From the IMG/VR virus record IMGVR_UViG_3300046779_001841, positions 64,001 through 128,000 of that record: a DNA stretch of 64,000 nucleotides. One strand, 5' to 3'. Positions within the stretch are counted from its first letter, which is position 1. Every line of letters begins with the position of its first letter. The notes under the pieces are model-generated. The model was given only the letters and a program-made list of their open reading frames with translations. It ran no database searches and had not been told where the DNA came from. This DNA is from a virus. Lineage: Duplodnaviria; Caudoviricetes. The translations under genes were made by a program, and so were the position numbers. This document shows positions 20,177 through 29,782 of the stretch, piece by piece.

Positions 20177-20827
20177 TTAAAGACCAAGCATTTTTAAAGT
20201 TTCTGGGAAATATTGTGCAGTAATAGTATGAATAGCTTGTGCATATTGTTGAATTTCAAGTTGAGCGCCTTTATCATTTCTTAATTGTAGAAAATGAAGA
20301 ACTGATTGTAGGCTGGCAGTCCAGATACACTCACTATAAGAAGCAACAGGTAATAAAATTCTAGCTTGTTCTCTACAAACACCTAATTTTAATAAATCAT
20401 CATAACATTGTTGGCAAGTATCATAAGCCTTATTTAAGATTTCAAATGCTTTCTGTGGTTCAAGAATTTCACCCGCACTGGATTGTTTATTTTTAGTGTC
20501 TTGTAATCTCCATGTTTCAGGAATATAAAAGCCATGTCTTAATTCTGTATATCGTGCAGATTGTTCATTCCAACTACAACCCACTTGATGTTTCATCCAC
20601 TGCCTAAGAACAAAGATAGGTGATCTTAATCTAAAAGTAATTTGTGGATGTCTAAATGGACTTGTATGTTCGTGTGTCCAAAGATAATTTAAGAGTTTAG
20701 CATCTGCATCCGACCATTCATTTGAAATTTTATTGTATGAAACACGAGCAACATTAACAACTCTTAGATCATCACCCATGTGATCGACATATTCAACAAA
20801 GCCTTCATTTTGAACATTGATTTTCAT
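20177..20827 (-). CDS. thyX: FAD-dependent thymidylate synthase ThyX
   Basis: VNVARVSY, HEHTSPF, PIFVLRQWMKH...SWNEQSARY, QAR.LLP, LRNDKGAQLEI. Confidence 0.93.
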   Translation of the reverse strand: MKINVQNEGFVEYVDHMGDDLRVVNVARVSYNKISNEWSDADAKLLNYLWTHEHTSPFRHPQITFRLRSPIFVLRQWMKHQVGCSWNEQSARYTELRHGFYIPETWRLQDTKNKQSSAGEILEPQKAFEILNKAYDTCQQCYDDLLKLGVCREQARILLPVASYSECIWTASLQSVLHFLQLRNDKGAQLEIQQYAQAIHTITAQYFPETLKMLGL

Positions 20828-20867
20828 TAAGTAATCCTTTATGTAAAATAGGTAAAGGATTATACAA

Positions 20868-21092
20868 CTAATTTTTGGAATTGTTTTTTACAATTTTTAA
20901 AGCAAATTCTCTTTTCTCTAAAAGATCTTGGATTTTTTCTTTAATAGAAGCAATTTCATCTGGGTGTGTATCACCAACATTATTTGCTTCAAGTATTTTG
21001 AGTTCACTATAAACTTGATTTAGAATGATTGCACTATTAGACAACCATTCACTCATCTTTTGAATGCCATTAAGATATTTTATATCATCCAT
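20868..21092 (-). CDS. Hypothetical protein
   Basis: SD present; directly downstream of the element at 21113-21160. Confidence 0.7.
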   Translation of the reverse strand: MDDIKYLNGIQKMSEWLSNSAIILNQVYSELKILEANNVGDTHPDEIASIKEKIQDLLEKREFALKIVKNNSKN

Positions 21093-21112
21093 TTGATTTT
21101 CCTTTGTGTTAA

Positions 21113-21160
21113 GTCGCTATCGACATAACTATAACACTTGTGGTAGTGCAGTCTTTGCAA
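21113..21160 (-). promoter_or_regulatory. Repeated 48-bp promoter/hairpin element
   Basis: TTGCAA-N15-AAGTGTTATA-N5-GTCGatagCGAC. Confidence 0.8.
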
Positions 21161-21231
21161 TCAAAATTTTTTTTTATTTATATCTTTATATAAAGATAAA
21201 TGTTCAAAACTTTTAATAAAGGACAATCAAA

Positions 21232-21639
21232 ATGATTAGACAAAGACTCGCTTCTTTAGAATCCCGTATCGCTGTAATAAAAACTAGAGGAACGGATTCA
21301 ATTACAGGAATTTATAATTTAAAAAATGTAGACTTTGATCAAATATTAAATTATATGGATGGTATTATAGGTGGTGTCTATGAATATTCATTTGAAAAAG
21401 TACCAAACAACAAATATGATGGTGTGAAGATCGTTGTTAAAAAGCCCAGAGAAACATTTGTGTTTCAAATTGATGTAAGACAAGATTTGAATGCTTTGCA
21501 AATCTTATATTTTCTTCCCCTTTCTTATGGTGGTAAATATCATTATTCTAAAGAGATTCCATTTGATAAACTTGGAAAGAATGTAAATTGGGTCATAGCT
21601 GAAAAACTTAGAGATTTTGTCAAGGTTTATGACTATTAA
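21232..21639 (+). CDS. Hypothetical protein
   Basis: SD AAGGA; N-terminus RQRLASLESRIA. Confidence 0.7.
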   Translation: MIRQRLASLESRIAVIKTRGTDSITGIYNLKNVDFDQILNYMDGIIGGVYEYSFEKVPNNKYDGVKIVVKKPRETFVFQIDVRQDLNALQILYFLPLSYGGKYHYSKEIPFDKLGKNVNWVIAEKLRDFVKVYDY

Positions 21640-21829
21640 ATAATGAAGACGATAGTTTCTAAATTCTTAAATAAAAAAATTTTATTAAACAGTTTTAAGT
21701 ATATTTTTAATACTTTCTGCAAAAAAGACATTCACCATTGATATTGAATGATTTCTTAATCGATCAAGATAAATAATAAATTTATAAAGATTTTTTTAGT
21801 ATAGACACTTACCATATAGGAGAACAAAA

Positions 21830-22858
21830 ATGTCATGTGTTATTCCAGATGGTGCAAAAGTTAAACTAGTCAATGGTAAAATTGTTTGGCATGGTAAAGA
21901 ATACAACCAAACAGATTGCACCATTGGTGATGGTGTTGTTTTCACTACCGAAGTCAAAGAGATTGGTGTAGATGAAGAAGAACAACCAAAACCTAAGAAA
22001 AAGAAAACTGCACCTAAGACTGAACAGAAGTCAGTAGAACAAACTTCTGATAATATAGAGATAGATACAAATCAAGATACAACAAAGGACATTGATATGG
22101 GACTTCCTATTCAAGCACCACAAGAACATAATCCTGGTCAAGGTCAAGTGCAACCACCTGTTCAACAACAAATGCCAGTGCAACCACAACAAATGCAACC
22201 TGTTCAACAAATGCAGATGCCAGTGCAAATGCCACAAGGTTTGCCACAAGGTTTTACTGTACCACCACAATTCCAACAACAATATCAACAATTTCAACAA
22301 CAATTTCAGCAACCACAACAATTACATAATGAAGTTCAACATCCACCTGCAGATGGTATGGATATGAACATGATTAAAACCATTATGAGTATCGCTGGTG
22401 ATAATCCAGTGGTTCTTGTTGCTTTAATTGGTGCTTATCTAGGTTTCACTTGGATGAAGAAGATGGAAAAGATCAAAGAGAAAGAAGCTGAAAATGGTGG
22501 ACAACACGCAACAGCTTGTGATAATGATCGTAAAAATCTTAATTCCAAATTCACGGATATTGACTTTAAAGTTCAAAAAATAGATATGCTTGAGAATAAA
22601 GTTAAGCAAATGGGTGATGTTAATGGTCGTTTAACAAAACTTGAAGAAAATAGTAATGGCTTAACATTCAATGATACTTCTGATCTTGAAGAAACATTGG
22701 CAAAAGTGACTAAGAAAGTTGAATCTTTAGATAAGAAAATAGCATCTTTGGTAGCTAATGCACAAGCACCTGCTAAAGTGGAAATAGCTAAGAAACCAGC
22801 TAAAGGTAAAGATACAAAAACAATTTCTGAATTTTTACCTGAAGAAGATGAAGAATAA
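21830..22858 (+). CDS. Membrane-anchored protein with Q/P-rich low-complexity region and coiled coil
   Basis: AGGAG SD; QQMPVQPQQ repeats; TM VVLVALIGAYLGFTWM; heptad-like C-terminal half. Confidence 0.75.
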   Translation: MSCVIPDGAKVKLVNGKIVWHGKEYNQTDCTIGDGVVFTTEVKEIGVDEEEQPKPKKKKTAPKTEQKSVEQTSDNIEIDTNQDTTKDIDMGLPIQAPQEHNPGQGQVQPPVQQQMPVQPQQMQPVQQMQMPVQMPQGLPQGFTVPPQFQQQYQQFQQQFQQPQQLHNEVQHPPADGMDMNMIKTIMSIAGDNPVVLVALIGAYLGFTWMKKMEKIKEKEAENGGQHATACDNDRKNLNSKFTDIDFKVQKIDMLENKVKQMGDVNGRLTKLEENSNGLTFNDTSDLEETLAKVTKKVESLDKKIASLVANAQAPAKVEIAKKPAKGKDTKTISEFLPEEDEE

Positions 22859-22860
22859 GA

Positions 22861-23373
22861 TTATCTAAGTCTTAGTGTGTTTAAACGACTAGCTAATTTA
22901 CTAATATATTCTGGTGCTAGTGTTTCTATTGAATCTAAACCATAAGTAATACCTTTTGCAAAAACACTGGCTTTAGGTGTTGCTAACATTTCTACAAGAT
23001 CAGCACCTAAAACTGCTTGTGGAATTAATGGTATGCCTGATTCTTTTACTACAAATTTGGTATATGTATATGGATCATAGGTTATAGCTTGTGCTTCACT
23101 AAGACTTAGAGAAAAAGTTTCCTCTGAACCAACAGGTATATAATCAACAATAACACCTCTTACACCAGCATGGACATTCTTTTGCATTTCAAAATTTACT
23201 CTTTGTCTACCTTTCTCACCAACAGAAAAAGTAGCATTTTTTAATTTGATATATTTACAGTGCATTATAACAATCTGTGTTCTTGCAGATCTTACAGACC
23301 ATAATTTAGTGTGCAGATTGAAATATACAAACACTCTTTCACCAATAAGAGATTTTAAATCTAACACATCCAT
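22861..23373 (-). CDS. Conserved hypothetical phage protein
   Basis: VYFNLH..WSVR...GRQRV....KNVHAGVRG motif, recalled as a widespread uncharacterised phage family. Confidence 0.65.
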   Translation of the reverse strand: MDVLDLKSLIGERVFVYFNLHTKLWSVRSARTQIVIMHCKYIKLKNATFSVGEKGRQRVNFEMQKNVHAGVRGVIVDYIPVGSEETFSLSLSEAQAITYDPYTYTKFVVKESGIPLIPQAVLGADLVEMLATPKASVFAKGITYGLDSIETLAPEYISKLASRLNTLRLR

Positions 23374-23427
23374 TTTTTACTCTCTTTTTTAAAGACATTT
23401 AATAAAAAAAGATTTATAAAGTATATA

Positions 23428-23670
23428 TCACAAGACACTAATCAGTAGTTTAAAATAGTTATTGTCTTTCTCATCTAAATTCTGGATCTTAGATTCGATA
23501 TAATCCAACCTGCGTTTTTCATCACTGCTATTTTCTTTACATAATGCAACATAGAACATTAAAAGACTTCGTGTAGATAACTCATCCAACTTTAAAAAAT
23601 GTTCTTCTTTCTTTCTTGCCATTCTTAAAATTTGTGCATGAAACTGAATTTGTCTTTCTCTTGTCAGCAT
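23428..23670 (-). CDS. Hypothetical protein
   Basis: ORF with AAGGA SD. Confidence 0.6.
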   Translation of the reverse strand: MLTRERQIQFHAQILRMARKKEEHFLKLDELSTRSLLMFYVALCKENSSDEKRRLDYIESKIQNLDEKDNNYFKLLISVL

Positions 23671-23726
23671 TTTTTAATCCTTTATAAATTGGCAATATGT
23701 AGTAATCGTTATTGTGAGTATGCCAA

Positions 23727-25157
23727 ATGTATCGTTATCTTCTTATACAAATATTGCTTTTATTTTCAACATCTTATGCACAAGATGTTCAAAATTTTTC
23801 TCTAGCAAATGATAAGTTCAAATATTTTAGTGTAGACCATGCAGATGTTTTAGAAAAAGGTGAGTTCAATCTTAACAATTCTTTAAACTATGGCAAAAAT
23901 CCATTGATACTTACCAACCCAAAACAATATCTTGTAGATCAAATCACTACTTATCAAATCGCAGGTGCTTATGGTATCCTAGATAACAAATTCCAATTAA
24001 ACTTTGATTTTGGATATGGCTTTAGTACAGGTAAAAAACCAAATGCTTTGGATAGTGGTTCTGGATTTAATAATTTTAAAATAGCATCTAAAATTAAACT
24101 CTATGATCAGAACAAATTAAAAATATCTTTAATACTACCACTCGCTATACCTTTAAAAGATACCAAGACACTTGGTGCAAGTTCTTTTCTAGTATCTTTT
24201 AAAAGTATTGCCAGTTATCAAATTAAACCAACTTTTAATGTATCTATAAATCTTGGTTACAGATACAGATTAAATAAATCTAATGAATATTCTCTTGATG
24301 ATGCTATCTTATATGGTATTGGTTCGCAGTATAAACTTACTGATGATTTCATGTTAAAAGGTGAAGTGTTTGGTCGCTACTTTTTTATGGATAATATCAA
24401 TCCATTAGAATTTCTACTTGGTGCTAAAAGAAATGAAAAATCATGGTTTATAGAACTCGCATTAGGTCGTGGTATTACAAGTGACTACTCATCAGTAAAT
24501 TTTAGATTTCTTTTTAACTTTGGTCTTCTCTATGGTGTAGATACAGATAAAGATGGTTTATCAGATTCAGTAGATCAATGTCCAAATACTCCAGAAGATA
24601 AAGATGAACATTTAGATGAAGATGGTTGTCCTGATATGGATAATGACAAAGATGGTATTTTAGATGTTGTAGATAAATGTATAAATGAACCAGAAGATAA
24701 AGATAATTTTCAAGATGAAGATGGCTGTTCAGATTTAGATAATGATAATGACAATTTATCAGATGCACTAGATCAATGTCCATATTTTGCAGAAATCATA
24801 AATGGTATAGAAGATCATGATGGTTGTCCAGATGGTGTATCAAAGACAATAGATAGTTTGGATGCAAAGAATGAAATCTATTTTGAAAAAGATAAATCTA
24901 CGATCATGCCAATGAGTTATCCTTTTATATATGAACTAGCACAAATCATAAACAAGAATGATGCGATTACAGAAATAGTAATTGAAGCAACAAGTCAAAA
25001 TTTACAGATCGCATTTGATCGTGGTGATGCAGTAAAGAAATCATTAAAGAGTTTAAATGTAAAAGCAAATTTAGTGATCAAAGGAATTGAAGGTGCAGAA
25101 GAAAAGATTGAATTTAAAGTAATGATGAAAACTAAAGTTTTACTTCTTAGTCCCTAA
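23727..25157 (+). CDS. OmpA-family outer membrane protein with thrombospondin type-3-like repeats
   Basis: Signal peptide (…STSYA/QD); aromatic alternating beta strands; DxDxDG..D..DxCP…DEDGC repeats; degenerate OmpA C-terminal domain (IYFEKDKS). Confidence 0.8.
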   Translation: MYRYLLIQILLLFSTSYAQDVQNFSLANDKFKYFSVDHADVLEKGEFNLNNSLNYGKNPLILTNPKQYLVDQITTYQIAGAYGILDNKFQLNFDFGYGFSTGKKPNALDSGSGFNNFKIASKIKLYDQNKLKISLILPLAIPLKDTKTLGASSFLVSFKSIASYQIKPTFNVSINLGYRYRLNKSNEYSLDDAILYGIGSQYKLTDDFMLKGEVFGRYFFMDNINPLEFLLGAKRNEKSWFIELALGRGITSDYSSVNFRFLFNFGLLYGVDTDKDGLSDSVDQCPNTPEDKDEHLDEDGCPDMDNDKDGILDVVDKCINEPEDKDNFQDEDGCSDLDNDNDNLSDALDQCPYFAEIINGIEDHDGCPDGVSKTIDSLDAKNEIYFEKDKSTIMPMSYPFIYELAQIINKNDAITEIVIEATSQNLQIAFDRGDAVKKSLKSLNVKANLVIKGIEGAEEKIEFKVMMKTKVLLLSP

Positions 25158-26432
25158 TGCTTTTTCAATAAATACCATAGGATCAAATTTTAAAGTTTGT
25201 TGTTTGTTTAAAACAATATCTTCAAGTTTATCTGCGACTTCACCATTCGCAAGAAATGATAATAAGATTTGTGGATTGATATAAGAATTGATAGTGGTGT
25301 TCTTACTCTCATGGTTTAATGCTTTTTCGGATTCTTCAAAAGCATCTTTGACCATATCTAAAACTTTATCTACAATTTTATCTTTGGCAGTATCAACTTC
25401 AAGGTCTTTAATTTTTTCCAGATCTTTATGTAGTTTGCTTTCTCTTCTTTTTAAACTCTCTAGCAAGACTTGACTGGCTTTTAATTTTCTAAAATCTGTT
25501 AAGTTCAAAATCTCACCAGATGCTTCTCTTAGATATTTAGATAACACATCATTTGGAATAACACTATCATCAGATCGTAAAGTAGTACCACCAAGAGATT
25601 TTAAAACTTTGATAAGTTCACGATCTTGAACCACTGCTTTATTTAAAGTACCTTTTTTACCTCTAAATTTTAGAATTGCTTTGTTATAGCTGATGAATTT
25701 GATATGACCTGCTTCTAAAGTAGAAGCACCATAAGTTTCTTCTATATCTTTACTTTCAAGATTACCAGGTCGGATACCTGTTTCAAGCATCAATCCAATA
25801 ATGACTGCACAAAGTTTCTTTTCTTCATCTTTGGATTTCATATCTTTGGATAATTGTTTTTTCAAATCGTCTATGCAGTTTAATAATTTCTTTTGTCTAT
25901 CCATCTTTGCTTTCATGTCATTTATTTGTTCTGCATAGATGGTTTTCATTTCTTTAATTTTTCCATTTTCACCAACATTCACAACAAGACTTTTTGGCAA
26001 GTATGTTAAGAATGATTTTGGTATGATTTCTGTAAGTTCTTTTCTTTCTCTTTCTAAAACTTTTCTTTTCATTCCATTGATAACTTTATTTTTAATATTA
26101 TCTTCCCAAACATCTTCTACATCAGTTCCTTTAAATACTTCTACAATACCATTTACTAAACTCTTAGGTGTTAAGTTATGACTATCTAAAAATAATTGAA
26201 TAGCATCAGCTTTATCATCTTTCAATGCTTGTTTGATTTCCAGATAAAACATTTCATCATCTTGTTTGACTGCATTCCATAAACCTTTTAAAGAACCTTT
26301 ACCTTTAGAAAGACCTGTAGCGGATGAAAAGATATTTTTAAAGTCTTTTTTACCTTGTGTGCATTTTCTACTTTGTCTTCGTTTTTGTTTAAGTAGTTCT
26401 TTTTCTTTTTCATCTGCAATTCGAGTAAACAT
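25140..26432 (-). CDS. DNA topoisomerase IB
   Basis: Catalytic set present in order: GIRPGN (R), FRGKKG (K), DFRKLKAS (R), LNH (H), TINSYINP (Y). Confidence 0.8.
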   Translation of the reverse strand: MFTRIADEKEKELLKQKRRQSRKCTQGKKDFKNIFSSATGLSKGKGSLKGLWNAVKQDDEMFYLEIKQALKDDKADAIQLFLDSHNLTPKSLVNGIVEVFKGTDVEDVWEDNIKNKVINGMKRKVLERERKELTEIIPKSFLTYLPKSLVVNVGENGKIKEMKTIYAEQINDMKAKMDRQKKLLNCIDDLKKQLSKDMKSKDEEKKLCAVIIGLMLETGIRPGNLESKDIEETYGASTLEAGHIKFISYNKAILKFRGKKGTLNKAVVQDRELIKVLKSLGGTTLRSDDSVIPNDVLSKYLREASGEILNLTDFRKLKASQVLLESLKRRESKLHKDLEKIKDLEVDTAKDKIVDKVLDMVKDAFEESEKALNHESKNTTINSYINPQILLSFLANGEVADKLEDIVLNKQQTLKFDPMVFIEKALGTKK

Positions 26433-26446
26433 CTTTATCCTACCTT

Positions 26447-27016
26447 TTACATATCATATTTAATGAGAGCGATTTTAAGAAAACTAATAAAACTTGTGAA
26501 GAGAATAAAAACATTTGGAATATTAAATGTCTGGAGTATCTTTTTCTCACCAACTAATTTCTTATCAAAGATAAATTCAAATGTTATATCATCTTCAGTT
26601 TTATCTTTGATAAGAACTTTAATGATACCATTATTAGTATAGCAATATAAAAACGATTGCCCTGCGACTACTCTTTTGACTATATTTTGATTTTTGATTT
26701 CTTTTCCAAGAAAACTTAATATCGATTCTTGGTCACCTATGGTTTTTAATTTCTTATTTATTTCTAACCATAATTCTAAAGATAGTTCCTTTTTATTTTT
26801 GTGTGTAATATCTAATTCTATCTTCCATTCTGGATTACTAGCACCATCTGTTTTTTCTACACTAAGAAACGGATCTGTCATCCAAGAGTATTGTATCAAG
26901 AGTGTTCCTAAATTATAAGCTAATTCTATCTGTTTTTCATAAGTATTATTTCTCAAATAAGCATCTAGCAAGTCATCCATATATGGTTCAAGATCTTTCA
27001 TTTTGCGAATAATCAT
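26447..27016 (-). CDS. Hypothetical protein, paralog of 27032..27604
   Basis: Shared MIIRKMKDLE / MLIKRMSDLE start and FTSFxSFLKIAxIKYD end. Confidence 0.7.
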   Translation of the reverse strand: MIIRKMKDLEPYMDDLLDAYLRNNTYEKQIELAYNLGTLLIQYSWMTDPFLSVEKTDGASNPEWKIELDITHKNKKELSLELWLEINKKLKTIGDQESILSFLGKEIKNQNIVKRVVAGQSFLYCYTNNGIIKVLIKDKTEDDITFEFIFDKKLVGEKKILQTFNIPNVFILFTSFISFLKIALIKYDM

Positions 27017-27031
27017 TTTCTTTAACCTATC

Positions 27032-27604
27032 TTACAGATCATACTTAATGATTGCGATTTTAAGAAAACTTAGAAAACTTGTGAAGAAAGAGAAGATATT
27101 TGTCAGATTAAAATTCTTGTCCATTGTGGGTCCTTCTTCTCCAATACCTTTCATAAATTCAAATTGAAATTCTAAATGATCTTTACCAGTATCTTGAACA
27201 TTTATAACTATAAAACTATTTCTTATTGCTACTGTTATTTCTTTATCCTCACCATAAAAATCTAGTTTAACTCGTTTAGGTTGAAGATGTCTATCAATTT
27301 GATCTGCTAAAGTACTATAGAATAGATCATTCTGATATAAGTAATACAAAACAGTCTGATTAAGTTTTAACCAAAATTCCATAAGAAGTTCGGATTTAGA
27401 AAGAGAACTAATATTTTTTATATTGAATTGAAAAGCATTTGGAATCCGAATAAATAAGTTATCGGATGTTGCATCTTTGATAATTGTAATTGTACCTAAA
27501 CCATAATCCAAGATTGCTCGTTCTTCATAAGAAGAACGATCTTCATAGTGTTGTTTGACTGAATCTACAATTTGTTCTAAATCACTCATTCTTTTAATTA
27601 GCAT
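27032..27604 (-). CDS. Hypothetical protein, paralog of 26447..27016
   Basis: Same terminal motifs as 26447..27016. Confidence 0.7.
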   Translation of the reverse strand: MLIKRMSDLEQIVDSVKQHYEDRSSYEERAILDYGLGTITIIKDATSDNLFIRIPNAFQFNIKNISSLSKSELLMEFWLKLNQTVLYYLYQNDLFYSTLADQIDRHLQPKRVKLDFYGEDKEITVAIRNSFIVINVQDTGKDHLEFQFEFMKGIGEEGPTMDKNFNLTNIFSFFTSFLSFLKIAIIKYDL

Positions 27605-27653
27605 TTTTTACACCTTGTCTTTTTTTATAAAAGACAAGATTATAAATGATTTA

Positions 27654-27941
27654 TTAAGGCAATCTACCTGCACTGATATATCTAAGCACTCCTTTACACT
27701 CACTATACTTGGTTGCTTCTTCTATCGCTTGTTCTATCATCCATTGATGGTAATCACGATCATTTTCTTTTTTGGCTTGTGCAATCCATTCTGCCATTTT
27801 ATTATTATGCAACTCCATCTCCTTTCTTAGAAGAAGAAGTTTTTCATCTTTTTCTTTTTCTCTTTCTTGGTCTACTATTCGTATGTAAAACAAGAAACAG
27901 AGATTTGACATCATTAAAAATGACAAGAGATAATACTTCAT
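27654..27941 (-). CDS. Small protein with N-terminal TM and charged coiled coil
   Basis: Hydrophobic N-terminus followed by an E/K-rich helix. Confidence 0.55.
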   Translation of the reverse strand: MKYYLLSFLMMSNLCFLFYIRIVDQEREKEKDEKLLLLRKEMELHNNKMAEWIAQAKKENDRDYHQWMIEQAIEEATKYSECKGVLRYISAGRLP

Positions 27942-27985
27942 TTAAAATCCTTTCTTTTGTATGTTATACTTATAACATTAGAAAC

Positions 27986-28083
27986 CATAGTTTCATTTTC
28001 AATGTTAAATTTTCAATACACTTTCAATATGGCTTTTTTGCCATTGCAGAAACCTTTTGAAAATTTAATCCAGCATTTCTACA
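27986..28083 (+). repeat. 98-bp dispersed non-coding element, copy 1
   Basis: ATAGTTTCATTTTC…TTTTCAATACrCTTTCAATATGGCTTTTTTG…AGCATTTCTACA recurs with the same spacing at 38301-38398. Confidence 0.8.
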
Positions 28084-28093
28084 GGAATGACTT

Positions 28094-28645
28094 ATGACTA
28101 GAGAACAATTATTACAATTATTAAAAGACCATCGATCTGTAAAAGGTATTTGTTTGGCAACAGGTCGTTCTTCTACACTCATTTACAAGTATCTTAAACA
28201 ATATCAAATCACTGTATTTAGTAAAAAGATTAACAAAGAAAAACTTAGCGAGTTATATCAAAACCTAAGCACTAGACAAATCGCAAGACAATTAGGTTGC
28301 ACACACCAATCTGTTGTGAATTGGATAAACGAATATCAAATAGAGAAAAAACAACAAGGTAGACCAGATCACCTGCTCAAATATGATATGGATAAAGAAA
28401 CATTAAGCAAGTATATGAAAGAATTTAGATCAATAAGACAAATAAGCATTCATACAAACATACCAGTGCGAGTGGTTAAGAAATTAATGGATAAATACGA
28501 TATTCAAAAGATGAAAATAGATAAAGACTATTTAGAGAATGAGTATATCAACAATAAGAAATCAATCAATCAAATTGCAACGGAATGTAAAGTTCTCAAT
28601 AAAACAATTTACTTTTACATGAAAAAATTCAAGATCAACCTTTAA
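28094..28645 (+). CDS. Tandem-HTH DNA-binding protein (about 4 repeats)
   Basis: Repeats such as LSELYQNLSTRQIARQLGCTHQSVVNWINEYQI and LENEYINNKKSINQIATECKV. Confidence 0.7.
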   Translation: MTREQLLQLLKDHRSVKGICLATGRSSTLIYKYLKQYQITVFSKKINKEKLSELYQNLSTRQIARQLGCTHQSVVNWINEYQIEKKQQGRPDHLLKYDMDKETLSKYMKEFRSIRQISIHTNIPVRVVKKLMDKYDIQKMKIDKDYLENEYINNKKSINQIATECKVLNKTIYFYMKKFKINL

Positions 28646-29283
28646 GACCAAGCAAAAGGAACATATATATCTTTTAAGGTTAAATGACCTTTTTGGTTTA
28701 AGATATAGTTTTCAAGTAAGAGAAAATAATCACTATCTTCTTCTGTATCACATTCAAAGATTTCATCTTCATTAGCTGGATCAATTAGCATTTCTGCAAG
28801 TTGGACTAAATCATCAACTTTGTTTGGTGGTATAAGATTTTGCAATTCACTAAAGACTAAGACTTTATTCTCAATCAAATTTCTGAATGACTTGCTTTCA
28901 CTTTTGAGTAAATCTTTGTGTGGATATTTATCCATCCAAAAAGTTGTTTCTTTGGAATCATGCAAATCATCATCAAAAGTTTTCATGAGATAAATATCAT
29001 CTGTATTGAAAGTCCAAGCAATCTCTTGATCACTGGTAAACTCTTCACCATTTTCATCAATTTTGACACTTGACATAAGAATAGTGATGTTATTATCTTC
29101 AATAGATACAAGACCAAAGAGATTATGAATAGTCAATGCAGTAAGCATATCATCTTGATTAACAAGTACAAGTGCAGAACCTTCTAATAAGGCTTCTAGT
29201 AACATTTCTTTTTTGGATTGCATTTTAGACATTTCCTTTTCTAATTGCTTTGAAAAAAGTGACTGGGTTGAATTTCTCACCAA
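28642..29283 (-). CDS. Hypothetical acidic protein (true start probably 29223)
   Basis: ORF; SD spacing favours MQSKKE. Confidence 0.65.
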   Translation of the reverse strand: MVRNSTQSLFSKQLEKEMSKMQSKKEMLLEALLEGSALVLVNQDDMLTALTIHNLFGLVSIEDNNITILMSSVKIDENGEEFTSDQEIAWTFNTDDIYLMKTFDDDLHDSKETTFWMDKYPHKDLLKSESKSFRNLIENKVLVFSELQNLIPPNKVDDLVQLAEMLIDPANEDEIFECDTEEDSDYFLLLENYILNQKGHLTLKDIYVPFAWS

Positions 29284-29698
29284 TGAAATTTAAGTGGCTT
29301 TCATTTTCAAGATATAGAGCTAGAGCATGATGATAAGCAACATTCTCATTATATTCATTGTATGAATTTAAGGAATAAAGTGCATCTCTAAACATAGCTT
29401 TTTCACTACCTGTTAGAAACTTTAACACTGGTGCTACAAACTTTTGAAAACCACTGAAAAAGACAACAACACTATCTAAAGTGTCTGTTGCTTTATCCAT
29501 GAGTTCTACATATTCTTTTGGTGCAGTGTATAGACACATTGTACCATCATTGTAAAAACACCATGATGCTGGCATAAGTAGATTTTCACCTTGAATAGTT
29601 AGGTTCATGATGCCAAGATCATTTACTTCTATTGGTTCATCTGAAACAATTCTAATCAATGTTTCATTCATAGGTACTTTAAAATAATAAAGGTGCAT
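29225..29698 (-). CDS. Hypothetical protein (start MHLYY)
   Basis: AAAGGA SD; downstream of the element at 29718-29765. Confidence 0.7.
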   Translation of the reverse strand: MHLYYFKVPMNETLIRIVSDEPIEVNDLGIMNLTIQGENLLMPASWCFYNDGTMCLYTAPKEYVELMDKATDTLDSVVVFFSGFQKFVAPVLKFLTGSEKAMFRDALYSLNSYNEYNENVAYHHALALYLENESHLNFIGEKFNPVTFFKAIRKGNV

Positions 29699-29717
29699 AT
29701 CGTTCCTTTTTGAGTTT

Positions 29718-29765
29718 ATCAATATTGACAATCATATAACACTTGTCATCATGCTTTCTTTGCAA
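29718..29765 (-). promoter_or_regulatory. Repeated promoter/hairpin element
   Basis: TTGCAA-N15-AAGTGTTATA-N5-GTCAatatTGAT. Confidence 0.75.
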
Positions 29766-29782
29766 CGAACATTAAATTTTTT

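Noticed and set aside
13400-20827. Inteins or introns in dnaX, purB or thyX
   Set aside because: The lengths and motif spacing are normal, and no splice-junction motifs were seen.
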